Notes under the pieces: model-generated
The model's input: only the letters and a program-made list of their open reading frames with translations
Database searches by the model: none
What the model was told of the DNA's origin: nothing
In this document: positions 28,145 to 37,404 of the stretch, piece by piece
Position numbering within the stretch: position 1 is the stretch's first letter
How the letters are laid out: each line of letters starts with the position of its first letter
Assembly: GCA_965224825.1 (NCBI GenBank)
Contig: CBDDAG010000001.1
Location: forward strand, 691,598-755,597
Source of the DNA: Gammaproteobacteria bacterium
GTDB lineage: Bacteria; Pseudomonadota; Gammaproteobacteria; CAJXQU01
DNA length: 64,000 nt
Reading direction: 5' to 3'
Position numbers and translations under genes: made by a program

Positions 28145-29080
28145 TCAGGGTTTAAAGCAATCGAGATCATTGGCGAAAGTGACCTTACCTTCATAAGACT
28201 CTTTTATGAATGAAAGAGTTTCTTTTTCTTTGCCCAAAGTACGCAGCATTCGGTGCGAGAGGACTAGATGTTTTACGCTGGCTTTATCTGCAATTTTTCC
28301 GATCTCGGAAGGTGGCATGTGTAGCTTTCGCCCGAAGCCCGTTGTCCCTTCAGGAATCGCGTTATGTGCCACCAGAATATCAGTATCTTTTGCCAGTTTT
28401 TCGAGCATACTCCATTGATTGCTAGTGTCGCCACTAAATGTGATCGAAACACCGTCAACGTAAACACACCAGGCGATGGCTGGAATTGGGCCATGGTTTA
28501 CTGGAATTGATCGGGTTTCAATTTTGTTATCAAACGATGGGCCATGTTTCCATGCATTAGTCTTGGTTGGAGCAGGATCAAGATCGCTGCTGATAATTTT
28601 CCAGTCACCATTATCTTCTTTGTTTAAATGATTCCCGAGATAGCGATAAGCACCCTGATCAGAATCAAACATGGAAGCAAGAAATTCGGAAGTGGGAGGC
28701 ATTCGATCATTTCCTGCCGGTCCTTGAATGATCAAATCGTTGGTGCGATTTTCAAAAAAGGCAGATTTGATCAGCGCGGGTAGGGCGGCGGTGTGATCAA
28801 CGTGCATGTGTGTGAAAAGAATCGCGTAAAGATCTTTAAATGCCGCGCCACTTTCGCCAAAGCGTAAACCAGCGCCACCTCCAGCATCAACCATTATTCT
28901 GGCTTTACCATCAACCCAGATCAAATAACTACTCGATGCACGTTTATCCTGAACTTCCGGGCCACCTGATCCGAGGACTTGCAGCCAGATGCCGTCCTTA
29001 TCACATTCAGTTTCAGCATTTACTTTTACAGTAAAAAAAGTAAGTGTGATCAATAAAAATATTATTACTCTATTGATCAT
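28145..29080 (-). CDS. secreted metallo-beta-lactamase-fold hydrolase
   Basis: HMHVDH (HxHxDH) motif. The predicted signal peptide is MINRVIIFLLITLTFFTVKVNA. Start chosen at 29080 rather than the ORF-track start at 29182. Confidence 0.7.
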   Translation of the reverse strand: MINRVIIFLLITLTFFTVKVNAETECDKDGIWLQVLGSGGPEVQDKRASSSYLIWVDGKARIMVDAGGGAGLRFGESGAAFKDLYAILFTHMHVDHTAALPALIKSAFFENRTNDLIIQGPAGNDRMPPTSEFLASMFDSDQGAYRYLGNHLNKEDNGDWKIISSDLDPAPTKTNAWKHGPSFDNKIETRSIPVNHGPIPAIAWCVYVDGVSITFSGDTSNQWSMLEKLAKDTDILVAHNAIPEGTTGFGRKLHMPPSEIGKIADKASVKHLVLSHRMLRTLGKEKETLSFIKESYEGKVTFANDLDCFKP

Positions 29081-29219
29081 TGCAGTCTTCATTATTTTCT
29101 TCACATTCTTCGGCATGTCCGGTTCCGCCGATACCACCTTCTTCCATAACCGATGCTGAGTTACAGCCTGCCAGCAATACAAATAATAGTGAAATAAATA
29201 ATAATCTAATTCGGTTCAT
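29070..29219 (-). CDS. small Cys/acidic-rich lipoprotein (about 49 aa)
   Basis: MNRIRLLFISLLFVLLAGC lipobox. The mature peptide has 3 Cys, 1 His and many Glu/Asp. Its stop overlaps the MBL gene start. Short ORF, low confidence. Confidence 0.3.
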   Translation of the reverse strand: MNRIRLLFISLLFVLLAGCNSASVMEEGGIGGTGHAEECEENNEDCNDQ

Positions 29220-30030
29220 CCTGATTCTTCTCCTCAAAATAATATATCCCAACACCAACCCGATGTGTTCCTTTCTCGGTTATTTCAGGGTTACTATCGC
29301 TGTCGTAATTGGCTAATAATTGATCCAGATCTTCCAGACATTCTTGTGCCGTTAGTTGCATTTTCTTACGCAGAAAAGGGATCGAGTTTTCATGAATGGC
29401 GTTGTATGCAACCTTTCTTTGAAAGTAAGGTTCTTCCGGATCAGTAAAAATATTGTGATCAATGGTCGCGATCAGATCACTGACATCCGTACCAAGAATG
29501 CGGATCTTTTCATCCAGATTATGCTCCGGAATATAAGCACTTTGAACCAGCCTGATCTTGCCATTTTCAGAATGTTCGATCGCACCAACACGAAGTAATT
29601 CATCAGCAATTGCGCCCGAAGGAATATCGCCGCTATAACGTTTAACTAATGCTTTAAAACTATTTTTCTCATCATCGAGTGTAAGTTCGGCAGGCTCTCC
29701 ATTAATTTTCTGAAAATCCTGATCTCTGATCCAACCGGAAATAACACGGGCAGCACGATTATATTGTTGAGTCATCGCAGATAGATCGACCGTTTCCAGT
29801 GATCTTGCACGTGCAACTTCTTTCCGGTTAAGTCCTGTCAGGGTAGATATCCGCGACACAGACTGCTTTTTCCCGGGAATAACAAACTCTTTCTCAGCCA
29901 CATCCACATAGAGCTTTTTCAGCAACTCACTTAAAGCATCAAATGCGATTCCATTACGCAATAGCACGCGAACTAGCGGTTTCAGAATCTTTGCTGTTGC
30001 CTGTGTCAGAACCAGTGAAGAATCATTCAT
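29206..30030 (-). CDS. hypothetical protein with an HTH-like segment (possibly DUF6502-like)
   Basis: 274 aa with no enzymatic motifs. VSRISTLTGLNRKEVARAR resembles a helix-turn-helix. Confidence 0.45.
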   Translation of the reverse strand: MNDSSLVLTQATAKILKPLVRVLLRNGIAFDALSELLKKLYVDVAEKEFVIPGKKQSVSRISTLTGLNRKEVARARSLETVDLSAMTQQYNRAARVISGWIRDQDFQKINGEPAELTLDDEKNSFKALVKRYSGDIPSGAIADELLRVGAIEHSENGKIRLVQSAYIPEHNLDEKIRILGTDVSDLIATIDHNIFTDPEEPYFQRKVAYNAIHENSIPFLRKKMQLTAQECLEDLDQLLANYDSDSNPEITEKGTHRVGVGIYYFEEKNQDEPN

Positions 30031-30081
30031 AAGTTAAATTCTAATAGATTGGGCTTGATTTATCAAAATAATGGGCTATTA

Positions 30082-30117
30082 TTCCCAATAGATATAAGTG
30101 GGAAAATAATCCCAATA
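30082..30117. promoter_or_regulatory. dyad-symmetric candidate operator in a divergent promoter region
   Basis: ttccca-N11-tgggaa (30082-30104) plus an extra half-site copy atcccaata (30108-30117). Confidence 0.3.
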
Positions 30118-30157
30118 TTGAAAAGTGTAGTTATAAAGTAATAAAAGGAGAAACAAA

Positions 30158-30979
30158 ATGAATAAAACTTCGCTAGTAGCAATCATCTCAGCTTTCATTC
30201 TAATAACCGGCTGTACTCAGCATGTACAAACAACTTCCGGCCGCGCTTATCTGGAAAGATATGATCACATCACTCCTTATACCGGACGGGAGCAAGAACA
30301 ATCTGATCAGAAGTCGCAGGGTATAAACCAGTTGATCAGACAGGCCGCAGCGGTTGAACCGACTTTACGATTTCCAGCAAGGATCGGAATTGCACGAATT
30401 GATGCTGGGTATTTGACTTCAATTCCGGATACAGAAGTCGAGGCATGGGAAAAAAGTCGTCAGAGGTTGGGCCAAAGTTTTGACAATCGCTTTGGTGAGT
30501 TTATTCCTGTCAGTCCGATGATCGTGAGTATGGTGACGGCATCAACTAATTATGAAGCCCACACAGGCTATGATCACAGAATTACGAATGTTATGAACGA
30601 AATCCGTTTAGGTGCTGCCCGACAACATCTGGATGCGGTTTTGATCTATGAGGTTTATAGCCGTGAAAATAGTGATAGTAATTTACTCTCGATCGGAAAC
30701 CTGACCATTATTGGAGCCTACTTATTGCCATCAAAAGCAGTGACGACGGAAGGGTTTGCCAATGCTATGTTGATCGATGTTATTCAGGGTTATCCGTATG
30801 GAACAGCAGAAGCATCGCTTGATAAAAGTGAAATGACCACGACTTTTGGACGGCGTGAAAAGATGGAGCAGCTTTCAGATGAAATAAAATCTGAAGTGAC
30901 GATCAAATTAGTTGCCGAGGTTGAAGACATGTTTAGAGATTTACAGCTGGAATTGTTGCGTAAGAAAAACGAGTCATAA
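30158..30979 (+). CDS. lipoprotein of unknown function
   Basis: LITGC lipobox, 273 aa, with an RBS aaggag 8 nt upstream. Confidence 0.55.
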   Translation: MNKTSLVAIISAFILITGCTQHVQTTSGRAYLERYDHITPYTGREQEQSDQKSQGINQLIRQAAAVEPTLRFPARIGIARIDAGYLTSIPDTEVEAWEKSRQRLGQSFDNRFGEFIPVSPMIVSMVTASTNYEAHTGYDHRITNVMNEIRLGAARQHLDAVLIYEVYSRENSDSNLLSIGNLTIIGAYLLPSKAVTTEGFANAMLIDVIQGYPYGTAEASLDKSEMTTTFGRREKMEQLSDEIKSEVTIKLVAEVEDMFRDLQLELLRKKNES

Positions 30980-31007
30980 AAAAACCTGTCTAGGATTAGA
31001 AATTATC

Positions 31008-31092
31008 ATCGTCATTCCGGTATGTCTTTGAGCCGGAGTCCATTATATTTATAAGAACTGGATTCCCGCTAGCCCCATGCGGGAATGACGAA
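31008..31092. repeat. ~85-bp imperfect palindromic intergenic element (REP/MITE-like, possible bidirectional terminator)
   Basis: Outer arms tcgtcattccgg / cgggaatgacga and inner arms ccggagtcca / tggattcccg, between two convergent genes. Confidence 0.45.
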
Positions 31093-31122
31093 AATAGTAT
31101 GTGTTTTTAACCCGATTTCAGG

Positions 31123-31539
31123 TCAGGCAGACTTTTTTCTGAGATACCCAAAGAAAAACAAGCTGGTGATCCCCAACAAGATCGACGCTAACATCCAGCG
31201 CTCCACAAAAGTATTTAAAACACCATGATCAGGGTTTTCCGGATCAATCAAAACAGAAATGTTCTGACCAATATTTTCTCTGCAACTTTCTTTGCTTCCA
31301 TACCATCTGGCTTTGATCCGAAGTCCAGATTCCGCTACAACCACCGGTGCATATTTAGTTCTTTTTTTGAACCGTCTACTTTCACAATGGGTAACTCTTC
31401 CAGTGCTGTGTTCGTACTTTGTGAGATAAAAAATGGAACGCCCAGATTCGTAGAGTCCACCTACGGGGATAGCCAGAACGGCGAGTATGGCAAAAAGACC
31501 AAAACCATATACGAAAACTGTTTGCAGGATATTTTTCAT
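31123..31539 (-). CDS. membrane protein (DUF3592-like)
   Basis: 138 aa with an N-terminal TM helix, a central soluble domain and a C-terminal TM helix. Confidence 0.45.
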   Translation of the reverse strand: MKNILQTVFVYGFGLFAILAVLAIPVGGLYESGRSIFYLTKYEHSTGRVTHCESRRFKKRTKYAPVVVAESGLRIKARWYGSKESCRENIGQNISVLIDPENPDHGVLNTFVERWMLASILLGITSLFFFGYLRKKSA

Positions 31540-31572
31540 TCTACTTTATTAGCAGAAGGAAATGATCAAAGA

Positions 31573-32001
31573 TTATTGAACAATAAACGTCGTGAACAGA
31601 ACCTCTTCAATCTTCAGGTTTTTTTCCATCAGATCAAGATGTTTATTCATATTTTCCAATGCCTGCGTCTGTAGCGCTTCGCGGGCTTCGGGTGATTTCA
31701 ATTCTTCTTTTGTTTTGCTGGAAAGCAGCATGACGAGTTCGTGTCTGATCGGTGCGACGTGGTATCTGATTTTGTCAGCCTCATCTTCACCATCTACAAC
31801 TAGCTGCACTTCAGCTTTGAGATAGTTTGATGCCGCGACATTATTGCCCAGGTTGACGATAAATGCAGGTGACATATCGACGTACATCACTTCAGGTGCT
31901 TTTTCTTCTTCCTCGTCTTCATCATCGCCGGCATGAGCAGGGATGAAGCTCATTGATAGAAACAATGTGATCAGTAATAAAAATAATCTCGACTTCTGCA
32001 T
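31573..32001 (-). CDS. FliL-like flagellar basal-body-associated protein paralogue
   Basis: FliL-family core (PAFIVNLG...YLKAEVQLVV) but with a cleavable signal peptide and an acidic DDEDEEEE stretch. No flagellar genes nearby. Confidence 0.5.
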   Translation of the reverse strand: MQKSRLFLLLITLFLSMSFIPAHAGDDEDEEEEKAPEVMYVDMSPAFIVNLGNNVAASNYLKAEVQLVVDGEDEADKIRYHVAPIRHELVMLLSSKTKEELKSPEAREALQTQALENMNKHLDLMEKNLKIEEVLFTTFIVQ

Positions 32002-32111
32002 TCTTTAAAGCTCTCGTAAAATAGTTATCCATTGGCAATATTGGGGCGTAAAAAAAGGCGAACCAGATGGCCCGCCTTTTTTGAAAGTTAATTAACTCTT
32101 CGTAGCCACTG

Positions 32112-34715
32112 TTAACCTATAGCGGCCAATTTCGCCGGAGCTTCAGCTGCTTTTTCAGTATATTCCGGAACTTCATCGAAATTCAGGTAGCGATAGATAT
32201 CATCTGCCATCGGATCGATTTGGCTAGCGTATTCCATATACTCTTCACGCGTCGGAATTTTACCGAGGATTGAGGCCACAGCAGCGAGTTCAGCTGAAGA
32301 CAGGTAAACATCTGCACCATCACCAAGACGATTCGGGAAGTTACGAGTCGAGGTTGAAACAACCGTCGATTTGGCTTCAACACGCGCCTGATTACCCATG
32401 CACAGTGAACAACCCGGCATTTCAGTTCGTGCACCGGCTTTACCGTAGATGCTGTAGTAGCCTTCCGCAGTCAATTGAGCTTCATCCATTTTCGTTGGAG
32501 GAGCGACCCAGAGACGTGTTGGAATTGTCTTGCCATAAGCTTCGAGCAATTTACCCGCCGCACGGAAATGACCAATGTTCGTCATACATGAACCGAGGAA
32601 TACTTCGTCGATCTTCGTACCAGCAACATCAGCCAGCGTTTTCACATCATCCGGATCATTCGGGCAGCACAGAATCGGTTCCTTGATTTCGCTGACGTCG
32701 ATTTCGATCACCGTGTGGTATTCAGCATCGGCATCGGCTTCCATCAATTGTGGATCTTTCAGCCATTCTTCCATTGCTGCTGCACGACGTTCCAGCGTAC
32801 GTGGATCACCGTAATCATTCGCGATCATCCAACGGAGCATGATGATGTTTGATTCCAGATATTCAATGATCGGTTCTTTGTTCAGTTTGATCGAGCAACC
32901 AGCGGCTGATCGTTCGGCAGAAGCATCGGATAATTCAAACGCTTGCTCAACTTTCAGATCAGGCAGGCCTTCGATTTCTAGAACACGGCCAGAGAAGACA
33001 TTTTTCTTGCCCTGTTTCTCAACCGTCAGCAGACCCATTTCGATCGCTTTCAATGGAATTGCATTCACCAGATCACGCAGCGTAATACCCGGCTGCATTT
33101 CACCACTGAAACGAACCAGAACAGATTCCGGCATATCCAGTGGCATAACGCCAGTCGCAGCAGCAAATGCCACCAGACCAGAACCCGCAGGGAAAGAAAT
33201 ACCGATTGGGAAACGTGTATGCGAATCACCACCCGTACCGACAGTATCAGGCAGCAACATGCGGTTTAGCCATGAATGGATAACACCATCGCCCGGACGC
33301 AGGGCAACGCCGCCCCGCGTCATGATGAAATCAGGCAATGTGTGATGCGTGTTCACGTCGATAGGTTTTGGATAAGCAGCCGTGTGACAGAAAGACTGCA
33401 TCGTCAGATCAGCCGAGAAACCAAGACAGGCCAGATCTTTCAGCTCATCACGCGTCATCGGGCCGGTAGTATCTTGCGATCCAACCGTTGTCATTTTAGG
33501 CTCACAATAAGTACCCGGACGAATGCCATCTACGCCACAAGCTTTGCCGACCATTTTCTGTGCCAGCGTGAAACCTTTGCCCGTATCTACAGCAGGAACC
33601 GGTTTACGGAACAGATCAGATTCAGACAAGCCCAGCGCTTCGCGAGCACGCGTTGTCAGGCCTCGACCAATGATCAGAGGGATACGACCACCGGCACGCG
33701 CTTCGTCGAGAATTACGTCTGTTTTCAGACCAAACTCACAGATCGTTTCGCCACTGTCAGCATTCTTCACCAGGCCTTCAAAAGGATAGATGTCGATCAC
33801 ATCACCCATGTTCAGCTTATCTACATCACATTCGATCGGTAATGCGCCAGCATCTTCCAGTGTATTAAAGAAGATCGGAGCGATTTTCGCACCGATGCAA
33901 TAACCACCAGCGCGCTTGTTTGGAATGAACGGAATATCGTCACCCATGTGCCACAGCACAGAGTTAACCGCCGATTTACGCGAAGAACCCGTACCTACTA
34001 CGTCACCCACATAAGCCAGCGGATGACCTTTTTCTTTCAATGTTTCGATCAGTTTGATCGGACCAATCTCACCTTGCTTATCGGGTGTAATACCATCGCG
34101 TTCCATCTTCAACATTGCCAGCGCATGCAGAGGAATATCCGGTCGCGACCATGCATCCGGAGCAGGGGAGAGATCATCGGTATTTGTTTCGCCAGTGACT
34201 TTGAACACCGTAACGGTGATCTTTTCAGCCAATTCAGGTTTGCTGGTGAACCATTCGCCTTCAGCCCATGAAGTGACGATCTGCTTCGCATAATCATTTC
34301 CGGCATCCATTTTTTCTTTCACATCATGGAAAGCATCAAACATCAGCAAGGTGTGCGTCAGCGCTGTAACAGCAGTCGGAGCGATTTCATCATCATCCAA
34401 TGCATCAACCAGCGGCTCGATGTTATAACCACCGAGCATCGTGCCCAGCAATTCAGTCGCTTTAACCTTGTCGATCAAAGGAGAACTTGCGTCCCCTTTC
34501 GTGATCGCAGCCAAAAAGCCAGCCTTCACATAAGCGGCCTGATCAACACCAGCGGGAATACGATTAGTCAGCAGATCAAGAATGAAATCTTCCTCACCCT
34601 TCGGTGGATTCTTCAGTAATTCAACCAGATCAGCGGTTTGTTCAGGCGAAAGCGGCTGAGGAACAACCCCTTCAGCAGCCCGTTCTTCGACATGTTTGCG
34701 ATAAGCTTCAAGCAC
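32112..34715 (-). CDS. acnB: aconitate hydratase B (bifunctional aconitase / 2-methylisocitrate dehydratase)
   Basis: [23 protein letters not shown]-terminus, 867 aa, and Fe-S cysteines in the C-terminal domain. Confidence 0.92.
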   Translation of the reverse strand: MLEAYRKHVEERAAEGVVPQPLSPEQTADLVELLKNPPKGEEDFILDLLTNRIPAGVDQAAYVKAGFLAAITKGDASSPLIDKVKATELLGTMLGGYNIEPLVDALDDDEIAPTAVTALTHTLLMFDAFHDVKEKMDAGNDYAKQIVTSWAEGEWFTSKPELAEKITVTVFKVTGETNTDDLSPAPDAWSRPDIPLHALAMLKMERDGITPDKQGEIGPIKLIETLKEKGHPLAYVGDVVGTGSSRKSAVNSVLWHMGDDIPFIPNKRAGGYCIGAKIAPIFFNTLEDAGALPIECDVDKLNMGDVIDIYPFEGLVKNADSGETICEFGLKTDVILDEARAGGRIPLIIGRGLTTRAREALGLSESDLFRKPVPAVDTGKGFTLAQKMVGKACGVDGIRPGTYCEPKMTTVGSQDTTGPMTRDELKDLACLGFSADLTMQSFCHTAAYPKPIDVNTHHTLPDFIMTRGGVALRPGDGVIHSWLNRMLLPDTVGTGGDSHTRFPIGISFPAGSGLVAFAAATGVMPLDMPESVLVRFSGEMQPGITLRDLVNAIPLKAIEMGLLTVEKQGKKNVFSGRVLEIEGLPDLKVEQAFELSDASAERSAAGCSIKLNKEPIIEYLESNIIMLRWMIANDYGDPRTLERRAAAMEEWLKDPQLMEADADAEYHTVIEIDVSEIKEPILCCPNDPDDVKTLADVAGTKIDEVFLGSCMTNIGHFRAAGKLLEAYGKTIPTRLWVAPPTKMDEAQLTAEGYYSIYGKAGARTEMPGCSLCMGNQARVEAKSTVVSTSTRNFPNRLGDGADVYLSSAELAAVASILGKIPTREEYMEYASQIDPMADDIYRYLNFDEVPEYTEKAAEAPAKLAAIG

Positions 34716-34919
34716 GATAATTTTCTCCAGAGTTTGTCGGCAACATCCTTGCTGCCAATTGATATTATATTGTTATAAAAGTGAACTCTCTATTATAGAG
34801 GATTTTTGGGGAGAATCGTAGATGAGTTGGGCTGGTTGTGACAAAGAAAAACCTTGTCGTCGCCAATAAATAGTGATTATCTTTATAAGATGTAGGAGCT
34901 TTTTTTATTTACATGAAAT

Positions 34920-36686
34920 TTATTTAACTGAATCGTAATGTGTAATGGCGGCAGAAATACGGTCTAAGAGAGGCTTTAGTCCATTAAAATTAATAGAGCT
35001 TTTCTGTGCTTTAATAACATGTTTTGCAAATGTGATCTTACTCAAATCGGTTTCATCATTTCGTTTATCAACTGTATTAAAGCATTTTCCATTGTGCTTA
35101 ATTAACTGTGTTGCGTTATCAAATAGACATTCTATGTCAGTCTCATCACCTGTTGGGCTTAATGGAGATAAAACAATATACAAATTATGTATTACATGAA
35201 TAAAATCTGCGTTGTGAAAATCATCTTTCTTTAGAGTAGTGGGTACACAGTATGTTGAGTCATTTTTTTTAAGTTTATTAGCTATGGCATCTGAGAAACC
35301 TGAATCATGATCTAACACGATAATAACTGGATATTGAGGTTTTGGTGCTTTATAGAAAACGTAATGTTTATCAAACTTATCAATGAAACTATAAAGATAT
35401 GATGTACCACCATGAAGTTGTAATAAAAATTTCGTGCGCTTTGAATACTCAACAAAACGGATTAGCAGTTTATAAGCACTATCTTTAGTTTTAGCGTCAG
35501 CGAGTTTTGGATAATCTTTTGCTAACTCACTAATTGCAGATTTCAGATAAATATTATCAGTTTTTCCTTCAGTTAGGATTGTTGGCGTGATATTTCCATA
35601 GAAAAATCGGTAGTATAAAAACTTGCTAAAAGTTTTTTCTCTGCCGCTTAGTAAAGGAATTGTATCCTTTCCATGTTTCGCTAAAGCATATACAGGGTTC
35701 AGCGGTGGCTTTTGTCGTAAACGATTAAATAGATCCACTTGGTCGATAAAGTTTAATTGACCTTCTAGTTCGTTAATATTGCCATCCATTTGATCATCGG
35801 CAGCTTTCTTGATAAATGCACCTGTATGAAATAAAGAATGGCATTGTGATTTAGCTGTGCGCCAATATTCTTTTTTTACATTGGGTTTTTTATTTACAAT
35901 TAGGCCTGTTACATCTTGTCTGGAATCTTTGTACTGAATACGTGTTTTGTTATTATTTATAGAAAAACCAGCTCGTATTATTTCGTTTTTTAGTTTTTTA
36001 CCCGCAATATATTCACCGCCCTCTTGTCGCATGATTGGAGGAGGGAAAATAGACTCACGGGTAGAAAAGGTTATATCGTCTGCATATCTTGAATAAGTAC
36101 ACGAATACTTTTTAGCTAATGATGCAAGCCGTATATCAAGTGAATGAGTAATTAGATTTGTTATGACAGGCGAGCAAGGGCTGCCCTGTGGAAGCTTGTT
36201 ATCATAGCAAGCAATTTGAGCGATAACTGTAGCAATATCAGGACTGAGTTCAAAATTCTTATTTTTTATAAAGAAGCCCCTGACCCGACCAAAATTAAAA
36301 CTATCAAAGAAATTGTTAAGGTCAATGTTAAGTACGTTACTTTTATTCAAGTGCATCATTGCATTGGTAAAAATTGAACGTTCTCGAACAAAACCATGTG
36401 CTAAAGTTGATCTCTTGATTTTGGGGTTTGGGTATTTAACTCGGTTAATTTCATCAATACAATCTAGTAATAAATTAGAAAGTCTTGACTGTAAACTTTT
36501 AAGCTGACCTGTGGGAGCGCATATTATGCGTTTATTTCCATTTCGCTTTGGAATTTCAAACTGAACATATTTGTCAGCAGGTTTTAATATGTAGAGGGTA
36601 TAAGTAAGAGCTGAAGGTTTTACTCCTAGTAATTTAGCTAATGCTGATTTAGTAGTAACTTTTTTTAGCGCATCTAACTTATTCAT
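34920..36686 (-). CDS. retron-type reverse transcriptase fused to a C-terminal Toprim domain (Ec67/Eco2-like)
   Basis: RT motifs NIDLNNFFDSF, LPQGSPCSPVITNL and RYADDITFS (YADD). The C-terminus has ILTEGKTD (Toprim Glu) and VIIVLDHDSG (DxD). 588 aa. The AT-rich coding sequence sits directly downstream of an inverted-repeat-bounded ncRNA. Confidence 0.85.
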   Translation of the reverse strand: MNKLDALKKVTTKSALAKLLGVKPSALTYTLYILKPADKYVQFEIPKRNGNKRIICAPTGQLKSLQSRLSNLLLDCIDEINRVKYPNPKIKRSTLAHGFVRERSIFTNAMMHLNKSNVLNIDLNNFFDSFNFGRVRGFFIKNKNFELSPDIATVIAQIACYDNKLPQGSPCSPVITNLITHSLDIRLASLAKKYSCTYSRYADDITFSTRESIFPPPIMRQEGGEYIAGKKLKNEIIRAGFSINNNKTRIQYKDSRQDVTGLIVNKKPNVKKEYWRTAKSQCHSLFHTGAFIKKAADDQMDGNINELEGQLNFIDQVDLFNRLRQKPPLNPVYALAKHGKDTIPLLSGREKTFSKFLYYRFFYGNITPTILTEGKTDNIYLKSAISELAKDYPKLADAKTKDSAYKLLIRFVEYSKRTKFLLQLHGGTSYLYSFIDKFDKHYVFYKAPKPQYPVIIVLDHDSGFSDAIANKLKKNDSTYCVPTTLKKDDFHNADFIHVIHNLYIVLSPLSPTGDETDIECLFDNATQLIKHNGKCFNTVDKRNDETDLSKITFAKHVIKAQKSSINFNGLKPLLDRISAAITHYDSVK

Positions 36687-36715
36687 ATAGCTAAATTAAA
36701 TCTATCAATTGAAGT

Positions 36716-36840
36716 GGCTTATGGGCACTCTTACGCAATACGCACGCTAAACGCTGAAACGTAACACTAGCATAATGGCAATCCAGTCGGACTTTTTTTT
36801 CACTGATCGCGATGCGCGACCCAAAATCTGCCCATAAGCC
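36716..36840 (-). ncRNA. candidate retron msr-msd non-coding RNA (125 nt between a1/a2 inverted repeats)
   Basis: Perfect 12-bp inverted repeats ggcttatgggca (36716-36727) and tgcccataagcc (36829-36840). a2 ends 29 nt upstream of the RT start. An internal GUCGCG-CAU-CGCGA hairpin lies right after a1. Confidence 0.55.
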
Positions 36841-36846
36841 GACATC

Positions 36847-36875
36847 AATGTATCAAGTATTTATGGTGCCATCAA
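36847..36875 (-). promoter_or_regulatory. sigma70-like promoter for the retron ncRNA/RT transcript
   Basis: On the minus strand, TTGATG, a 17-nt spacer, TACATT, then 6 nt to the first G of a1. Confidence 0.4.
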
Positions 36876-36917
36876 ACTAATTTGATATGGAAAAGGGGAC
36901 GCGCCTAGAGTTCAGGC

Positions 36918-36944
36918 ATAAAAAAAGGCATCCGAAGATGCCTT
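36918..36944 (-). terminator. rho-independent terminator of the cupin gene
   Basis: aaggcatc-cgaa-gatgcctt hairpin followed on the minus strand by 7 U. Confidence 0.5.
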
Positions 36945-36951
36945 AATCCAT

Positions 36952-37230
36952 TTAGAAGTGCATGTAGTGCTTTTTCAATGTTTTAGTTACTTGCCAGACG
37001 CTTTTTAAGCCGTCAGGGAAGATAACATAATCACCGGGTACGATAGTTACTGGCTCACCACCATCTGGAGTGACAACAATTTCACCCTCTAAGATGTATG
37101 AGCGTTCGCTTTTGTCGTCAAAATCAAGACGAAACTCAGAGACCGGGCAGTCCCAAATATTCCAACCTGAAACGCCTAATTCTTGTAAACGTGCTTCACT
37201 TAAGTTTTTTTCAATAATAATTTCTGGCAT
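36952..37230 (-). CDS. small cupin-fold protein (DUF861/EutQ-like cupin)
   Basis: 92 aa, with a beta-rich GDYVIFPDG motif typical of single-domain cupins. Confidence 0.55.
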   Translation of the reverse strand: MPEIIIEKNLSEARLQELGVSGWNIWDCPVSEFRLDFDDKSERSYILEGEIVVTPDGGEPVTIVPGDYVIFPDGLKSVWQVTKTLKKHYMHF

Positions 37231-37404
37231 AACTTCCCTACATTGTTAGTAATAATAGATACAAAATCCTGATCGCTTTTAAAGCGAGGAGCCATCACAA
37301 AATGTGAGGCACGGGGATAATAACAGAAGAAAATATCGAGTGGCACTGTAGCTTGGATGAAACGTAGTGGAATCCTTGTTATATCCTCCGGAGAGAATGG
37401 GGCG

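Noticed and set aside
28206-28494. Cluster of 70-73-aa ORFs on both strands inside the MBL-fold gene
   Set aside because: Overlapping shadow ORFs with no independent support.
33276-33842. 188-aa and other long plus-strand ORFs inside acnB (32270-34619)
   Set aside because: They are antisense shadow ORFs within a highly conserved aconitase B coding region.
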